From an uncultured delta proteobacterium (GTDB lineage Bacteria > Desulfobacterota > Desulfuromonadia > Geobacterales > Pseudopelobacteraceae): a stretch of DNA of 64,000 bases. The stretch lies in contig CAVYYZ010000008.1 in NCBI GenBank assembly GCA_963772835.1, positions 1 to 64,000 on the forward strand. The letters are read 5' to 3'. Positions 1 to 11,363 of the stretch are shown here, piece by piece. How positions within the stretch are numbered: position 1 is the stretch's first letter; each line of letters opens with the position of its first letter. The position numbers and the translations under genes were made by a program. Below the pieces are notes generated by a model. That model saw only the letters and a program-made list of their open reading frames with translations, searched no databases and was not told the origin of the DNA.

Positions 1-3000
1 TTCGTGATTCTGCTCACGGGTGTCGACGATCGCCGGTCATGCCGACGCCGTCGGAAACGGCACGTGCTTATTGCTGTCGTATCAGAAGTCCGGCGCATCA
101 AAGACCTTAAGCCTATCACAGCACCCTGAAGGGATCGACGATGCTGATGCTGATTATCGGCATGTCACTCCTCGGCATCGTACGTAATGAGTTCCCTGCA
201 CATCAGTCAGTCAGCGGCCGTCGTTCAGCTGCACCTCTCCTTCCAGATGGCTGCTTCTCTCAACAATACTGTTCATGGGCATGGTTCTCGGTTTTTCTGC
301 CGCTGGTATCGGTATCCCACGACAGCGCCGATCATCCGCCGTTACGTGCGGGTTCCATCTGATTTGGTTTGGAGTCGTCATTACGACGATGGGGCTTATC
401 CATCCACCGGTTGGGTCGAATATCTTCGTCATAAAGAATATTGCACCGGACATCCCTCTCAAGGATGCGGCTGTGTCCTTCGTCGACTTATGACGATCGC
501 TGTAGTGCTGCTCTGTCTCATTCCGGAATCGCCACATGGTTTCCCGACATGATCATGGACTCGGGGCGCATGAACATCGTCATGGACAGTAATTCACTAA
601 CGGCGAGATCCTTTACCGGGCACTTTCCGAAAAATCTGCGCTGCCCGAGGGGCCGAAAACAGTGTCGTGAGCTACGGCATGCTGCACCGGAATCGGGCCG
701 CTATGCCAATTTAATTGCATCGCTTGGGGTACGCCCGGGGGTGGCGGCCGGTGCAGGTAAGTAATCTCATGCAACTTCCTTTACCTCGGCTGTCTACGTG
801 CCGGTGTCCTATGGAATTTATGCGTATCAGCGTCATGAACTGGAGTATTTTCTGCAAGACGCCACCCCTGCCCTTTCGCTTGCCGGCCGCAAGTTACGCG
901 ATCTGGCTGACGAGTTGGCGGTGTCTGCCGGTGTGGGTAACATTCTTGAACTTGATGGACAACGGACCAGCGGCGGAGAACAAGCGGAGACATTCACATC
1001 ACCGTTCACTGCACGAAGATCGCGGCCATTCTTTTACCCTCCGGAGCCACCGGAGGGGGCGACCGTCACGGCACGACAGCCAATGCGAGGTCCTGCATCG
1101 GTATTGGGGCTTTCGTCCAGGTGACGTACTTCTGCACATGCTGCCGATGTCCCTCTGTTGCCATCCACTGCGCCCTCCTGGAACGGCAACCCCATGTTGT
1201 TGAACCGCAGGACCAGGCAGGTCGGGCCATAGACCTTGTGCATATGGCCATGGGCGTGCCTACCTATTACGTGCGCCTGCTGAACAGGCTTAACACGAGC
1301 ATCCTGTGCGGGTATGTGCTCGGTTCGGCCCCGCTCCTGAGAGAAGCCTTCGACGAGTTCAAGGAACGTACGGGCCACACCATTCTGGAACGGTACGGCA
1401 TGACAGGGGACGTCTACTTCCAACCCCTACCAGCGGCGGAGACGGTCGTGTCCTGGCACGGAAATCCGATTGTGGATGACTCACGGCCCCGGTCAAACCG
1501 GTAACGCAGGCAATATTCTGGTCAAGGGGCCTCAGGTATTCGTCGGCTACGGGGCCTGCCGGAAAAGACGGGGAGGGCCTCGACGCAGACCGGTTCTTCA
1601 GTACCGGCGACATGGCTCGTTGGCATGATGACGGCTACATTGCACGCTATCGGATGCTTCTAAAGCTGGTCATCAGCGGGGGGGTCTTAACGTCTATCCG
1701 AAAGAGGCGCCAAGAGACGACGAGCACGTGGGGTGTTGTGGAAAGTGCCGTGCATCGGTCTGCCGGATACGGACCTGCAGATTGTGTGGTGGTGCGGCAA
1801 AAGAATCGGGCTGGCGAGGCCCTGCATTTTGAACCGGCATTATCGCAGTGCCCTGAAAAGGGAACCTCGCGGGTTTCAAGGTTCCGAAAAGAGTGTTTTT
1901 CGTTGAATAACTGCCGCGCAACTCCTGGGGCAGGTACAAAAAAATATGCTGAGACACATTCTCCGGCCTTACAGCAATCGATACAACATGAGGCCATGAA
2001 TAACCCAACTGAAACTCCTGTCAGCTGGGATGCCTTATCACTACTGCCCGGCTCCGGGGGGGGGCGGCCCTGGCCGAGAGGTCGCCACTGACATCATGAC
2101 TTCTTGAAGCGGTCATCGAACCCGTGCGTCTCATCGGAAGGAAAGCACCAGAAAACAGGCCGTTCCTGGAGTTCAGACAGGACCCTTCCCGGGTTCGGAG
2201 CATGCCCAACTCGGGTGCTGGCACTTCCGGGAACATAATCGCATCATCGAACGCGGGCAGGTCAGCCGCATCGATTTTTCGTTTTCCGGACCTCAGGCGG
2301 ACGGTGGGCGGGCGCTTGTCGAAGAGGCGCATCACCATCGGCGCTATTCATACGTATCTGGAGCGTGCGCTACTTCATCGATCTGACACCCCGGGTGGCG
2401 CTCATCGCCCAGGCAGACCGACCGCGAGGGGAATCTTTATACCGGACCAAATACCGACATAGACCGCAATCGTAGAGGCCACAGCGTTCAAGAGCGGTAT
2501 TGTCATAGCCCAGGCTCAACGAAGTGGTGGATAGTCTCCGGCCACTGCAGGCTGGGTCAATTTATTTCGTCAGGGCCCCGACTCCGCACTATATTGTAGT
2601 GCTGTTTACGAGATATTGCGTCACACCCCGGAACGATGTATAGCAATAAAGGAACTCCTACGCGGAATACGGGATAACCCTGTCTTATCAGGGCACTGCT
2701 GCGATAGAACTCCTCCTGCCAACCTATGCGGGGACGGACTGAGGGTATCCGCGCCCACTGGGCTCTGACTTGTGCACCTGACGCTGATTCCGGCCATCGA
2801 AGCAGGTTTGTCCAATCAGTTCACTCCTTTGGCTCTGAGGTCGGGATGGAGCGATACATTGCAGCCTAGGCCGGATATTTTTTTGTCTTCGGGCAGGACG
2901 GTTCCATGCGCTCAAAACCTGGGCCTTTTCGCAGGCTGCCGGGCATTACGCCTGCGCTTCATCGGGATCCACACTTCAGATCGACCTCGAAGGCAACAGT

Positions 3001-4160
3001 TCGACTGCAACCAAGGGGATGCATCGCCGGGTTCGGCGGCGCACCGAATATGGGTTCCGATGCCCTGTGCGTCGTGAGGAATGCATACAAAACGATGCCG
3101 CTGCAGATGGTCGCGCAGATAGTGGAAACCACTCGCGCAGTGGCATTTGTGGAGCGCCTTGACGCTGTTGCGGAAAGCGCAGGAATGGATCTGCCTTCCG
3201 TGATGATCTTATGGCGACGACATCACCCACATCATCACCGAAGAGGGGATGAGCAATGCTGCTCTGTGAAAATGCCGAGGAGCGGGAACAGGCTATCCGC
3301 GGCGTTGCTACTACTGCGGTAGGCATGGTGGGACCGGCGGATGGTTGAGAACCTGCGGATCGGGGGATTGTCCGGTATCCGGAGGATTCCCTGGGCATTA
3401 ACAAGCGTCATGCAACTCGTGACCTGCTGGCGGCCCGCACCATTAAAGAACTTCGTGCATGGCTCCGGCGGAGACCCGCACAGCTCCCCCCGGCAGTTCC
3501 GCAACTGGTAATTCCGAATTGGAGTCCGAAAAAGGATGCCACGCTCCCCACTTGCTCAACTTTTGTCGCATCGGGGTACTCGAAGTCCGAATGCTCCATC
3601 CCGATGATAGGTCAGCACATCGCTGGTTTCCGGCGCGATTGGAGCGGCTAACGAGTTGAGAATGAAACCAGGTGGAGGGGTCCGTATTTCAATCAATGAT
3701 GCCGGTGCAACTCCCGGAGCTGGCATTCGGGTTGCGACTTGACCAGTCCCTTGATGCATACACGAGCAGCATATGACCGATATGAAGCCGATCAGTTTTT
3801 TCGAAGTGCTCCGCCTACACTCGTTGACGGCCGGTCTCTTCCGTACCATCCTGGTACTTAATGCTCCGGGGTCGATGACCGGAATCGTGGTTGGATATGC
3901 CGCTGACGCTCGAAGGGTGCGATATTCTCATTGCAGCGCAGGAAGCAAATTAGGCGGGGCGGTCGGCGAAGTTCACGCGCAAATCGTGGCACTGTCGACA
4001 GTGGAGTTCGCGAACGGCCCGCAGGCGTTCTTCTTCTGGTCGACTAGGAGGCGTACGGCTGCACCGAAACAAATGCCGGACTGATCGCAATCTCGGAAAA
4101 AAATCAGGTGTGCCGCTGCGTTGCCGGGCCGCGGGTGTCCCGGTATTTGCGCATGCACCT
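1..4160. repeat. Fold-back inverted duplication: degraded reverse-complement copy of ~4160-8804 (dctM 3' part, matB, mdcA, mdcC, mdcD); probable long-read chimera or assembly artefact
   Basis: Bases 1-24 match the reverse complement of ~8781-8804. Arms ccggtatttgcgc (4140-4152) and gcgcaaataccgg (4168-4180) mark the turn point. ORF fragments repeat MLMLIIGMSLL, MNNPTETPVSWDALS and MTDMKPISFFE with many indels. Confidence 0.95.
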
Positions 4161-4600
4161 CCCACCAGCGCAAATACCGGGACACCCGCCGCCCGGCAAC
4201 GCAGCACGGCCCGCATGATTTCCGAGATTGCGATCAGTCCGGCATTTGCTTCGTGCAGCCGTACGCCTCCTGAGTCGACCAGAAGAAGAACGCCTGCGGG
4301 CCGTTCGCGAACTCCCCTGTCGAGCAGTCCCACGAGTTTTGCACCATGAACTTCGCCGACCGCCCCGCCGTTGAATTTGCCTTCCTGCGCTGCAATCAGA
4401 ATATCGCGCCCTTCGAGCGTGGCACATCCAACCACGATTCCGTCATCAAATGCGACCGGAGCATTAAGACGTGCCAGATGCGGACTCGTCCGCCGCTGTT
4501 CGGGAGGACAGAACTCACGGAAGGACCCGGCATCAACGAGTGTAGTAACGCGACGCCGCGCGGACGCTTCGAAAAAACTGATCGGCTTCATATCAGTCAT
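4160..4600 (-). CDS. mdcD: Malonate decarboxylase beta subunit (carboxyltransferase), truncated at the fold-back point
   Basis: Motifs FDDGIVVG, GGAVGEVHGAK and DSGGVRLHEANAGL; follows mdcC. The translation is spurious after ...VFALVGG. Confidence 0.9.
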
Positions 4601-4911
4601 ATGCTGCTCCTGTATGCATCAAGGGACTGGTCAAGTCGCAACCCGACCACTGCGGGAGTTGCACCGGCATCATTGATTGAAATACGGACTCCTCCCACCT
4701 GGTTTCGTTCTACAAAGTCACTCATTACCGCTTCCCAGATCACACGGAAACCGGGTGCCGATGTGCTGACCTCTATCTGGCAGAGATCGTCGGAATCAAG
4801 CGGTTCAATCAGGACTTCGAGATTACCCGATGCGACAACGCCGCACAAGTGGGGAGCGTGGCCCTTTTGATGCCGGGGAGAGGTTGTGTAGGACAGGGTG
4901 AAATGTTCCAT
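4597..4911 (-). CDS. mdcC: Malonate decarboxylase acyl carrier protein (delta subunit)
   Basis: GVVASGNLEV prosthetic-group Ser motif and INDAGATPAVVGLRL; 104 aa. Confidence 0.93.
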   Translation of the reverse strand: MEHFTLSYTTSPRHQKGHAPHLCGVVASGNLEVLIEPLDSDDLCQIEVSTSAPGFRVIWEAVMSDFVERNQVGGVRISINDAGATPAVVGLRLDQSLDAYRSSI

Positions 4912-4943
4912 AATGAGATCCTTTTTCCAACTCCGATTCGGAA

Positions 4944-6605
4944 TTACCAGTTGCGGAACTGCCGGGGGGGGCTGTACAGTCCGCCGGAGGCATGCACGAG
5001 GTCTTTAATGGTGCGGGCCGCCAGCAGGTCACGAGTTGCATGACGCTTGTTAATGCCCAGATCCTCCGGATACCGGACAATGCCCCGATCCCGCAGGTTC
5101 TCAACCATCCGCCGGTCCCGCCCCATGCCTACCGCAGTATAGCCGGCAACGCCGCGGATAGCCTGTTCCCGCTCCTCGGCATTTTCACAGAGCAGCAGAT
5201 TGCTGATCCCCTCTTCGGTGATGATGTGGGTGATGTCGTCGCCATAGATCATCACGGGAGGCAGATCCATTCCTGCGCTTTCCGCAAGATCCCAGGCGTC
5301 AAGGCGCTCCACAAATGCCGGCTGCATCTGCTCGCGATTGGTTTCCACTATCTGCGCGACCAGTTTCCTGCCGCGCGGCATCGTTTTGTTGTGGTTTCCC
5401 TCACGACCGGCCTTCAGCCAGGCCGGCGAGGCATGGCGCCTCCCGCGGGCATCGGAACCCATATTCGGTGCGCCGCCGAACCCGGCGATGCGTCCCTTGG
5501 TTGCAGTCGAACTGTTGCCTTCGAGGTCGATCTGAAGTGTGGATCCGATGAAGAGATCGCAGGCGTAATGCCCGGCAGCCTGCGAAAAGGCCCGGTTTGA
5601 GCGCATGGAACCGTCCTGCCCGACGAAAAAAATATCCGGCCTGGCTGCAATGTATCGCTCCATCCCGACCTCAGAGCCAAAGGAGTGAACTGATTGGACA
5701 AAACCTGCTTCGATGGCCGGAATCAGCGTCGGGTGCGGATTCAGAGCCCAGTGGGTACAGATCTTCCCCCTCAGTCCCAGCTCTGCCGCATAGGTTGGCA
5801 GGAGGAGTTCTATCGCGGCGGTATCAAATCCGATGCCGTGATTAAGACGGGTTATCCCGTATTCGGCGTAGAGTCCCTTTATTGCTATCATCGCCATCAA
5901 AATCTGAATTTCGGTGATATGGGCCGGATCTCTCGTAAACAGCGGCTCAATATAGTGCGGAGTCGGGGCCTTGACGAAATAATTGACCCAGCCTGCAGGG
6001 ATGTCCACCCGGGGGAGCTTATCCACCACTTCGTTGACCTGGGCTATGACGATACCGCTCTTGAACGCTGTGGCCTCTACGATTGCAGGTGTATCCTCGG
6101 TATTTGGTCCGGTATAAAGATTCCCCTCGCGGTCGGCTGCCTGGGCGGCGATCAGCGCCACCCGGGGTGTCAGATCGATGAAGTAGCGCGAAAACAGCTC
6201 CAGATACGTATGAATAGCGCCGATGGTGATGCGCCCCTGTTCGACAAGCGCCGCCAGCCGTCCCGCCTGAGGTCCGGAAAACGAAAAATCGATGCGGCTG
6301 ACCTGCCCGCGTTCGATGAGATCGATATGCTCCGGAAGTGCCAGCACCGATTGCAGGAGATGCAGCTCCCGAACCCGGGAAGGGTCTGTTTGTAATAAAC
6401 TCCGGGAGAGAAAATCGGCCTGTTTCTGGTTGTTTCCTTCGATGCAGACGCGGTCGCCGGGTTCGATAACCGCTTCAAGAAGTCGTGTAATGTCTTCAGT
6501 GGCGACCTCTCGGCCGCGGGCCAGGGCCGCCCCCCGCTCCAGACGGGCAGTGCGGTTGCGTGATAAGGCATCCCAGCTGACAGGAGTTTCAGTTGGGTTA
6601 TTCAT
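4944..6605 (-). CDS. mdcA: Malonate decarboxylase alpha subunit (acetyl-S-ACP:malonate ACP transferase)
   Basis: EGNNQKQADFLS, YTGPNTEDTP and GFGGAPNMGSD motifs; C-terminal SGGLYSPP. Confidence 0.95.
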   Translation of the reverse strand: MNNPTETPVSWDALSRNRTARLERGAALARGREVATEDITRLLEAVIEPGDRVCIEGNNQKQADFLSRSLLQTDPSRVRELHLLQSVLALPEHIDLIERGQVSRIDFSFSGPQAGRLAALVEQGRITIGAIHTYLELFSRYFIDLTPRVALIAAQAADREGNLYTGPNTEDTPAIVEATAFKSGIVIAQVNEVVDKLPRVDIPAGWVNYFVKAPTPHYIEPLFTRDPAHITEIQILMAMIAIKGLYAEYGITRLNHGIGFDTAAIELLLPTYAAELGLRGKICTHWALNPHPTLIPAIEAGFVQSVHSFGSEVGMERYIAARPDIFFVGQDGSMRSNRAFSQAAGHYACDLFIGSTLQIDLEGNSSTATKGRIAGFGGAPNMGSDARGRRHASPAWLKAGREGNHNKTMPRGRKLVAQIVETNREQMQPAFVERLDAWDLAESAGMDLPPVMIYGDDITHIITEEGISNLLLCENAEEREQAIRGVAGYTAVGMGRDRRMVENLRDRGIVRYPEDLGINKRHATRDLLAARTIKDLVHASGGLYSPPRQFRNW

Positions 6606-8166
6606 GGGGCACCTCATGTTGTATCGATTGCTGTAAGGCCGGAAGTGTGAGCCGCTCTCTCAGCATATTTTTTTGTACCTTGCCCATGGTGTTGCGCGGC
6701 AGTTCCTCAACGAAAAACACTCTTTTCGGAACCTTGAAACCCGCGAGGTTCCCTTTCAGGGATGCGATAATGCCGGTTTCATCCAGGGCCTCGCCAGCCC
6801 GATTCTTTTGCCGCACCACCACAGCGGATACCATTTCCCCCAGGTCCGTATCCGGCAGACCGATCACGGCACTTTCCACAACGCCCGACATCTCGTCGAT
6901 CATCTCTTCTACCTCTTTCGGATAGACGTTAAGCCCCCCGCTGATGACCAGATCCTTGGAGCGACCGATGATTGCAATGTAGCCGTCATCATCAAACCGG
7001 CCCATGTCGCCGGTACTGAAGAACCGGTCTGCGTCAAAATCCTCCTCCGTCTTTTCCGGCAGGCCCCAGTAGCCGACGAATACCTGAGGCCCCTTGACCA
7101 GAATATTGCCTGCGTTACCGGTTTTGACCGGGGCGCCTGAGTCATCCACAATCCGGATTTCCGTGCCGGGGAGGGGAAATCCGACCGTACCGCCGCGCCG
7201 TTCGCCATCGTAGGGGTTGGAAGTAAACATCCCCCCCTCTGTCATGCCGTACCGTTCCAGAATGGTGTGGCCCGTACGTTCCTTGAACTCGTCGAAAGTT
7301 TCTCTCAGGAGCGGGGCCGAACCGGAGATGAAGAGGCGCATACCCGCACAGGATGCTCGTGTTAAGCCCTGTTCCGCCAGCAGGCGCACGTAATAGGTAG
7401 GCACACCCATGAAGACAGTCGCCTGCGGCAGAAGTTCTATGGCCCGACCTGCCTGGTACTGCGGTTCGAAGAGCATGGGGCTGCCGTTCAGGAGGGCGCA
7501 GTGGATGGCAACAAAGAGACCGTGGGCATGGAAGATCGGCAGCATGTGCAGAAGTACGTCACCTGGACGAAAGCCCCAATACCGATGCAGGACCTTCGCA
7601 TTGGCTGTGAGATTGCCGTGGGACAGCATCGCCCCCTTAGGGCTGCCGGTGGTTCCGGAGGTATAAAGAATGGCCGCGAGATCTTCATTACGGCGGTGAA
7701 CGGTAGTGAATGTCTCCGCCTGTTCTGCCGCCGCTTCTGCCAGGCTCCCCCCTCCGTCGTCATCAAGTTCAAGAATGTTACCCACACCGGCAGACACCGC
7801 CAACTCGTCAGCCAGATCGCGTAACTGCGGCCGGCAGACGAAAAGGGCAGGGGTGGCGTCTTGCAGAAAATACTCCAGTTCATGACGCTGATACGCGTCG
7901 TTCATAGGGAGGAAGATTGCACCGGCACGTAGACAGCCGAGGTAAAGGAATAGCGCCTGCGGTGATTTCTTTACCTGCACCGCCACCCGGTCGCCCGGGC
8001 GTACCCCGAGCGATGCAATTAAATTGGCATAGCGGCCCGACTCCCGGTGCAGCATGCCGTAGCTCACGACACTGTTTTCGGGGAGAATCAGGCAGGGTGC
8101 ATCCTGATTTTTCGGAAAGTGCCCGTAAAGAATCGCGTATAGATTGCTGTTCATGACGATGTTCAT
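6598..8166 (-). CDS. matB: Malonyl-CoA synthetase (ANL superfamily)
   Basis: YTSGTTGSPKG, ERYGMTE, GRSKDLVISGG and PRNTMGKVQK motifs. Start placed at the ATGA overlap with the dctM stop (alternative 8154). Confidence 0.92.
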   Translation of the reverse strand: MNIVMNSNLYAILYGHFPKNQDAPCLILPENSVVSYGMLHRESGRYANLIASLGVRPGDRVAVQVKKSPQALFLYLGCLRAGAIFLPMNDAYQRHELEYFLQDATPALFVCRPQLRDLADELAVSAGVGNILELDDDGGGSLAEAAAEQAETFTTVHRRNEDLAAILYTSGTTGSPKGAMLSHGNLTANAKVLHRYWGFRPGDVLLHMLPIFHAHGLFVAIHCALLNGSPMLFEPQYQAGRAIELLPQATVFMGVPTYYVRLLAEQGLTRASCAGMRLFISGSAPLLRETFDEFKERTGHTILERYGMTEGGMFTSNPYDGERRGGTVGFPLPGTEIRIVDDSGAPVKTGNAGNILVKGPQVFVGYWGLPEKTEEDFDADRFFSTGDMGRFDDDGYIAIIGRSKDLVISGGLNVYPKEVEEMIDEMSGVVESAVIGLPDTDLGEMVSAVVVRQKNRAGEALDETGIIASLKGNLAGFKVPKRVFFVEELPRNTMGKVQKNMLRERLTLPALQQSIQHEVPHE

Positions 8167-9518
8167 GCGCCCGAGATCCCCATGATCATGTCGGGAAACC
8201 ATGTGGCGATTCCCGGAATGAGACAGAGCAGCACTACAGCGATCATCATGAGTGCGACAAAGGGCATCACACCCCAGATCACATCCTTCAGAGGGATGTC
8301 CGGTGCAATATTCTTTATGACGAAGATATTCAACCCGACCGGTGGATGGATAAGCCCCATCTCCATAATGATGGTCATGACAACTCCGAACCAAATCAGA
8401 TCGAACCCGGCAGCTTTTAACGGCGGGAGGATGATCGGCGCTGTCATCAGAATTATCGATACCGGCGGCAGGAAAAACCCGAGAACCAGTACCATGAACA
8501 GTATTGTTGAGAGAAGCAGCCATCTGGAGAGGTGCAGCGCAACGATCCACTCGGCCGTTGACTGACTGATGTGCAGGGAACTCATTACGTACGAATAGAG
8601 GAGTGACATGCCGATAATCAGCATCAGCATGGTCGATTCCTTCAGGGTGCTTGTGAAGATAGGCTTAAGGTCTTTGATGCGCCAGACTTTGTATACGACG
8701 GCAATCAGCACCAGTGCCAGTATTGCTCCCAGTCCGGCCGTTTCCGACGGCGTCGCATAACCGCCGTAAAGGGCGATCATGACACCGGTGAGCAGAATCA
8801 CGAACGGAAGTACCCGCGGCAGCATTTTGGTTTTGTCTGCAAGAGACATGTTCATATCGTCAAGGTAGGCCGACTTTTCTCCGCCTCCCTGGTAAATATC
8901 GAGGGCCAGGCTGTATTCACGTTTGTATTGCCATACGGCATAACTGGAGAAAAGCGTGACGAGCAGAAGTCCCGGTCCGAGGCCTGCAAGGAACAACCTC
9001 CCGAGAGATTGCTCGGCGGCAACGGCGAACAGGATCATCGTGATCGACGGTGGAAGCAGGATGCCGAGCGTCCCGCCGGCGGCGATGATGCCGGCGGCAA
9101 AACCGGGAGAGTAACCCCGTTGACGCATCTCAGGTATGCCTGCGCTGCCGATGGCCGAGCAGGTCGCCGGACTTGACCCCGCCATGGCGGCAAAAAGTGC
9201 GCATGCGAAGACGTTTGCTATTCCCAGGCCGCCGGGAATTTTGTGCAGCCAGGCATGGATCGCCGCATACAGATCCGCACCGGCACGGGATTTACCGATG
9301 CAGGCTCCTTTGAGGATGAAGAGCGGGATGGAGAGCAGTGTAATGCTCGCCATCTCTTCATAGACATTCTGGGTAACCATGTCGAGTGCCGCTCCGGGCA
9401 TGAAGAAGTACATGAAGACGGTGGCAACCGCGCCGAGCGCGAAGGCGATCGGCATCCCGGTAAACATGATGACGAGAGTGCTGATGCCGTAGAGAATACC
9501 GATCGCTGATACGCTCAT
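8163..9518 (-). CDS. dctM: TRAP transporter large permease (malonate uptake inferred from context)
   Basis: Hydrophobic 451 aa; AGGTLGILLPPSI and HPPVGLNIF motifs. Confidence 0.93.
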   Translation of the reverse strand: MSVSAIGILYGISTLVIMFTGMPIAFALGAVATVFMYFFMPGAALDMVTQNVYEEMASITLLSIPLFILKGACIGKSRAGADLYAAIHAWLHKIPGGLGIANVFACALFAAMAGSSPATCSAIGSAGIPEMRQRGYSPGFAAGIIAAGGTLGILLPPSITMILFAVAAEQSLGRLFLAGLGPGLLLVTLFSSYAVWQYKREYSLALDIYQGGGEKSAYLDDMNMSLADKTKMLPRVLPFVILLTGVMIALYGGYATPSETAGLGAILALVLIAVVYKVWRIKDLKPIFTSTLKESTMLMLIIGMSLLYSYVMSSLHISQSTAEWIVALHLSRWLLLSTILFMVLVLGFFLPPVSIILMTAPIILPPLKAAGFDLIWFGVVMTIIMEMGLIHPPVGLNIFVIKNIAPDIPLKDVIWGVMPFVALMMIAVVLLCLIPGIATWFPDMIMGISGA

Positions 9519-10069
9519 GACTTCACCTCTTTTTGTATGAAATGGGCCAAAACCTGGGTGAGGAGTTGCAGCGACAGGTTTGTCATCCCCACAGCCATCA
9601 GTCCATAGGGAATCCAGAGCGGTGGTGCGAAGGACGACGAGGTTGTATACCCTCCGACGAGCGCTTCATGGAACAGGGTCCAGGACTTCCAGGAAAAGAA
9701 AGTACAGAAAGCGAACGAGGCGACGTCAACGCATACCCGCCGTATCCGGTTGATCGACTCCGGCAGGACGCTTGCAACTGCATCGATGCCGATATGCCCC
9801 CGATAGGATTGTACATAGGCACAGCAGGTGAAAATTGCGCCCACGAGCAGAAAGACTGAAGCCTCATCCTGCCAGTCGGTCGAAACCTTCAGGAAGTAGC
9901 GGGACACTACGCTATACGTGAGTATGCACGCCGCCGCCATTATTGCTACGGTTGATGCCGCCATAACCCACTCGTTAATCAGCGCAATTATCCGGCTTAC
10001 CTTGGCCAGTATTCCGCTTTCAACCATTTCCGGTCCCTTGGCAGGATTGAGCTCGAATCCGTGGCTCAT
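9515..10069 (-). CDS. dctQ: TRAP transporter small permease
   Basis: Four predicted TM segments, W.DE and HIGID motifs; lies between dctP and dctM. Confidence 0.9.
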   Translation of the reverse strand: MSHGFELNPAKGPEMVESGILAKVSRIIALINEWVMAASTVAIMAAACILTYSVVSRYFLKVSTDWQDEASVFLLVGAIFTCCAYVQSYRGHIGIDAVASVLPESINRIRRVCVDVASFAFCTFFSWKSWTLFHEALVGGYTTSSSFAPPLWIPYGLMAVGMTNLSLQLLTQVLAHFIQKEVKS

Positions 10070-11145
10070 TTTTTCTTCCTCTTGGATGCTGGTTTTGTCT
10101 CGCTCTTTGGTTCAGCCGCAATCACTACCTGCTGAGAAAGCTCTATCAGTTTGGCGCAGCGGGCGTTCTTCTTGGTGTAATCCTTCCAGGCGGTCTCCCT
10201 GGCGATATTCTGCCATTTTTTTACCGTTGCTTCGGACAGGTCATACACGGCCGCACCGGCCTTCTGATACACCGCGGCAACGGCCTTGTCGTCGGCCTTG
10301 GCGGATTCCATCGCGAATTTTTCCATTTCAGCACCTACAGTCATGATGATCGCCTGCTGATCCTTTGGAAGTTTTTCAAATACGGCACGTGACATGATTA
10401 ACGGCTCCAGCATGAACCAGTAGGCTTTGCCCCGACCGGTTGTCAGATGCTTGGAGATCTCTTCGAGCCGGAACGAGATCAGGCTGGTGGAAGAGGTCAT
10501 GGCGGCGTCCAGGGCGCCGGTCTGCATTGACTGATAAATTTCACTGGAAGGGAGTGAAAGCACCGACGCACCGGCGGCTTTAAGTACCATATCCATCTCG
10601 CGGCTGCCGCCACGGATCTTGAGACCCTTGGCATCTTCCGGCTCGACTATCGGTTTTGTGCGACTCGCGACTCCGCCTGCCTGCCATACCCAGCTTACGA
10701 TAATGACCCCTCTCTCCTTGAGCACTTCCGAGAAAAGCTTGCCGACTTCGGCGTTCTTCCATGCGGCTCCCTGCTCATAGGAGGTTACGACCCCCGGCAT
10801 CAGGCCGATATTGAGTTCCGGCACCTCGCCGCCGGCATACGAAATCGGGTAAAGGGACATGTCCAGGGCACCCTTGCTGACTGCACTGAACTGGGCGTTG
10901 GTTTTCATCAGAGATGAGCCTGGATATACAGTCCCCTTGAGGGCGCCCTTTGTCCGTTTTTCGATCTCGGCGGCGAATTTTCGACAGAGGCGATCACGGA
11001 AATCTCCATCAGTTGCCGTCCCCCCGGGAAACTGGTGAGAGATTTTGATCTCCTGGGCAAATGCTGTTTGATGGTTGCCGCCGAACACCGCCAGCGGCAG
11101 GGCCGCCAACACTCCAATTACGAAACTGCGCAGTACGTGGGACAT
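10066..11145 (-). CDS. dctP: TRAP substrate-binding protein
   Basis: Signal peptide; GLKIRG and EIYQSMQTGALDA motifs; RBS aaaggag upstream of ATG 11145. Confidence 0.92.
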   Translation of the reverse strand: MSHVLRSFVIGVLAALPLAVFGGNHQTAFAQEIKISHQFPGGTATDGDFRDRLCRKFAAEIEKRTKGALKGTVYPGSSLMKTNAQFSAVSKGALDMSLYPISYAGGEVPELNIGLMPGVVTSYEQGAAWKNAEVGKLFSEVLKERGVIIVSWVWQAGGVASRTKPIVEPEDAKGLKIRGGSREMDMVLKAAGASVLSLPSSEIYQSMQTGALDAAMTSSTSLISFRLEEISKHLTTGRGKAYWFMLEPLIMSRAVFEKLPKDQQAIIMTVGAEMEKFAMESAKADDKAVAAVYQKAGAAVYDLSEATVKKWQNIARETAWKDYTKKNARCAKLIELSQQVVIAAEPKSETKPASKRKKK

Positions 11146-11255
11146 GTGATACTCCTTTCTTCCTGGATTGTGCTGAATGTGTCTCATGGCCACGGGGTGG
11201 CCGGGGTGGTAAAACGGGTGAACCGCTCAATCAAAAATGAATACTAAAACAGCAT

Positions 11256-11331
11256 TCTTGTATACAAGATTATTTAAATTGGATACAAAGTCAACTGTTA
11301 TTTTTTATTTTTTTATGATACTTGTATAAAT
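11256..11331. promoter_or_regulatory. GntR (MatR/MdcY-type) operator array in the divergent dctP/gntR spacer
   Basis: Perfect palindrome tcttgtatacaaga at 11256-11269, plus ttggatacaa at 11279-11288 and ttgtataaat at 11322-11331. Confidence 0.8.
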
Positions 11332-11363
11332 ATGGATTTCTAAATTGGCATAATGGAGGCTGT

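Noticed and set aside
141..4084. Many short plus-strand ORFs resembling a second, decayed malonate operon
   Set aside because: They are fragments of the noisy fold-back copy, not independent genes.
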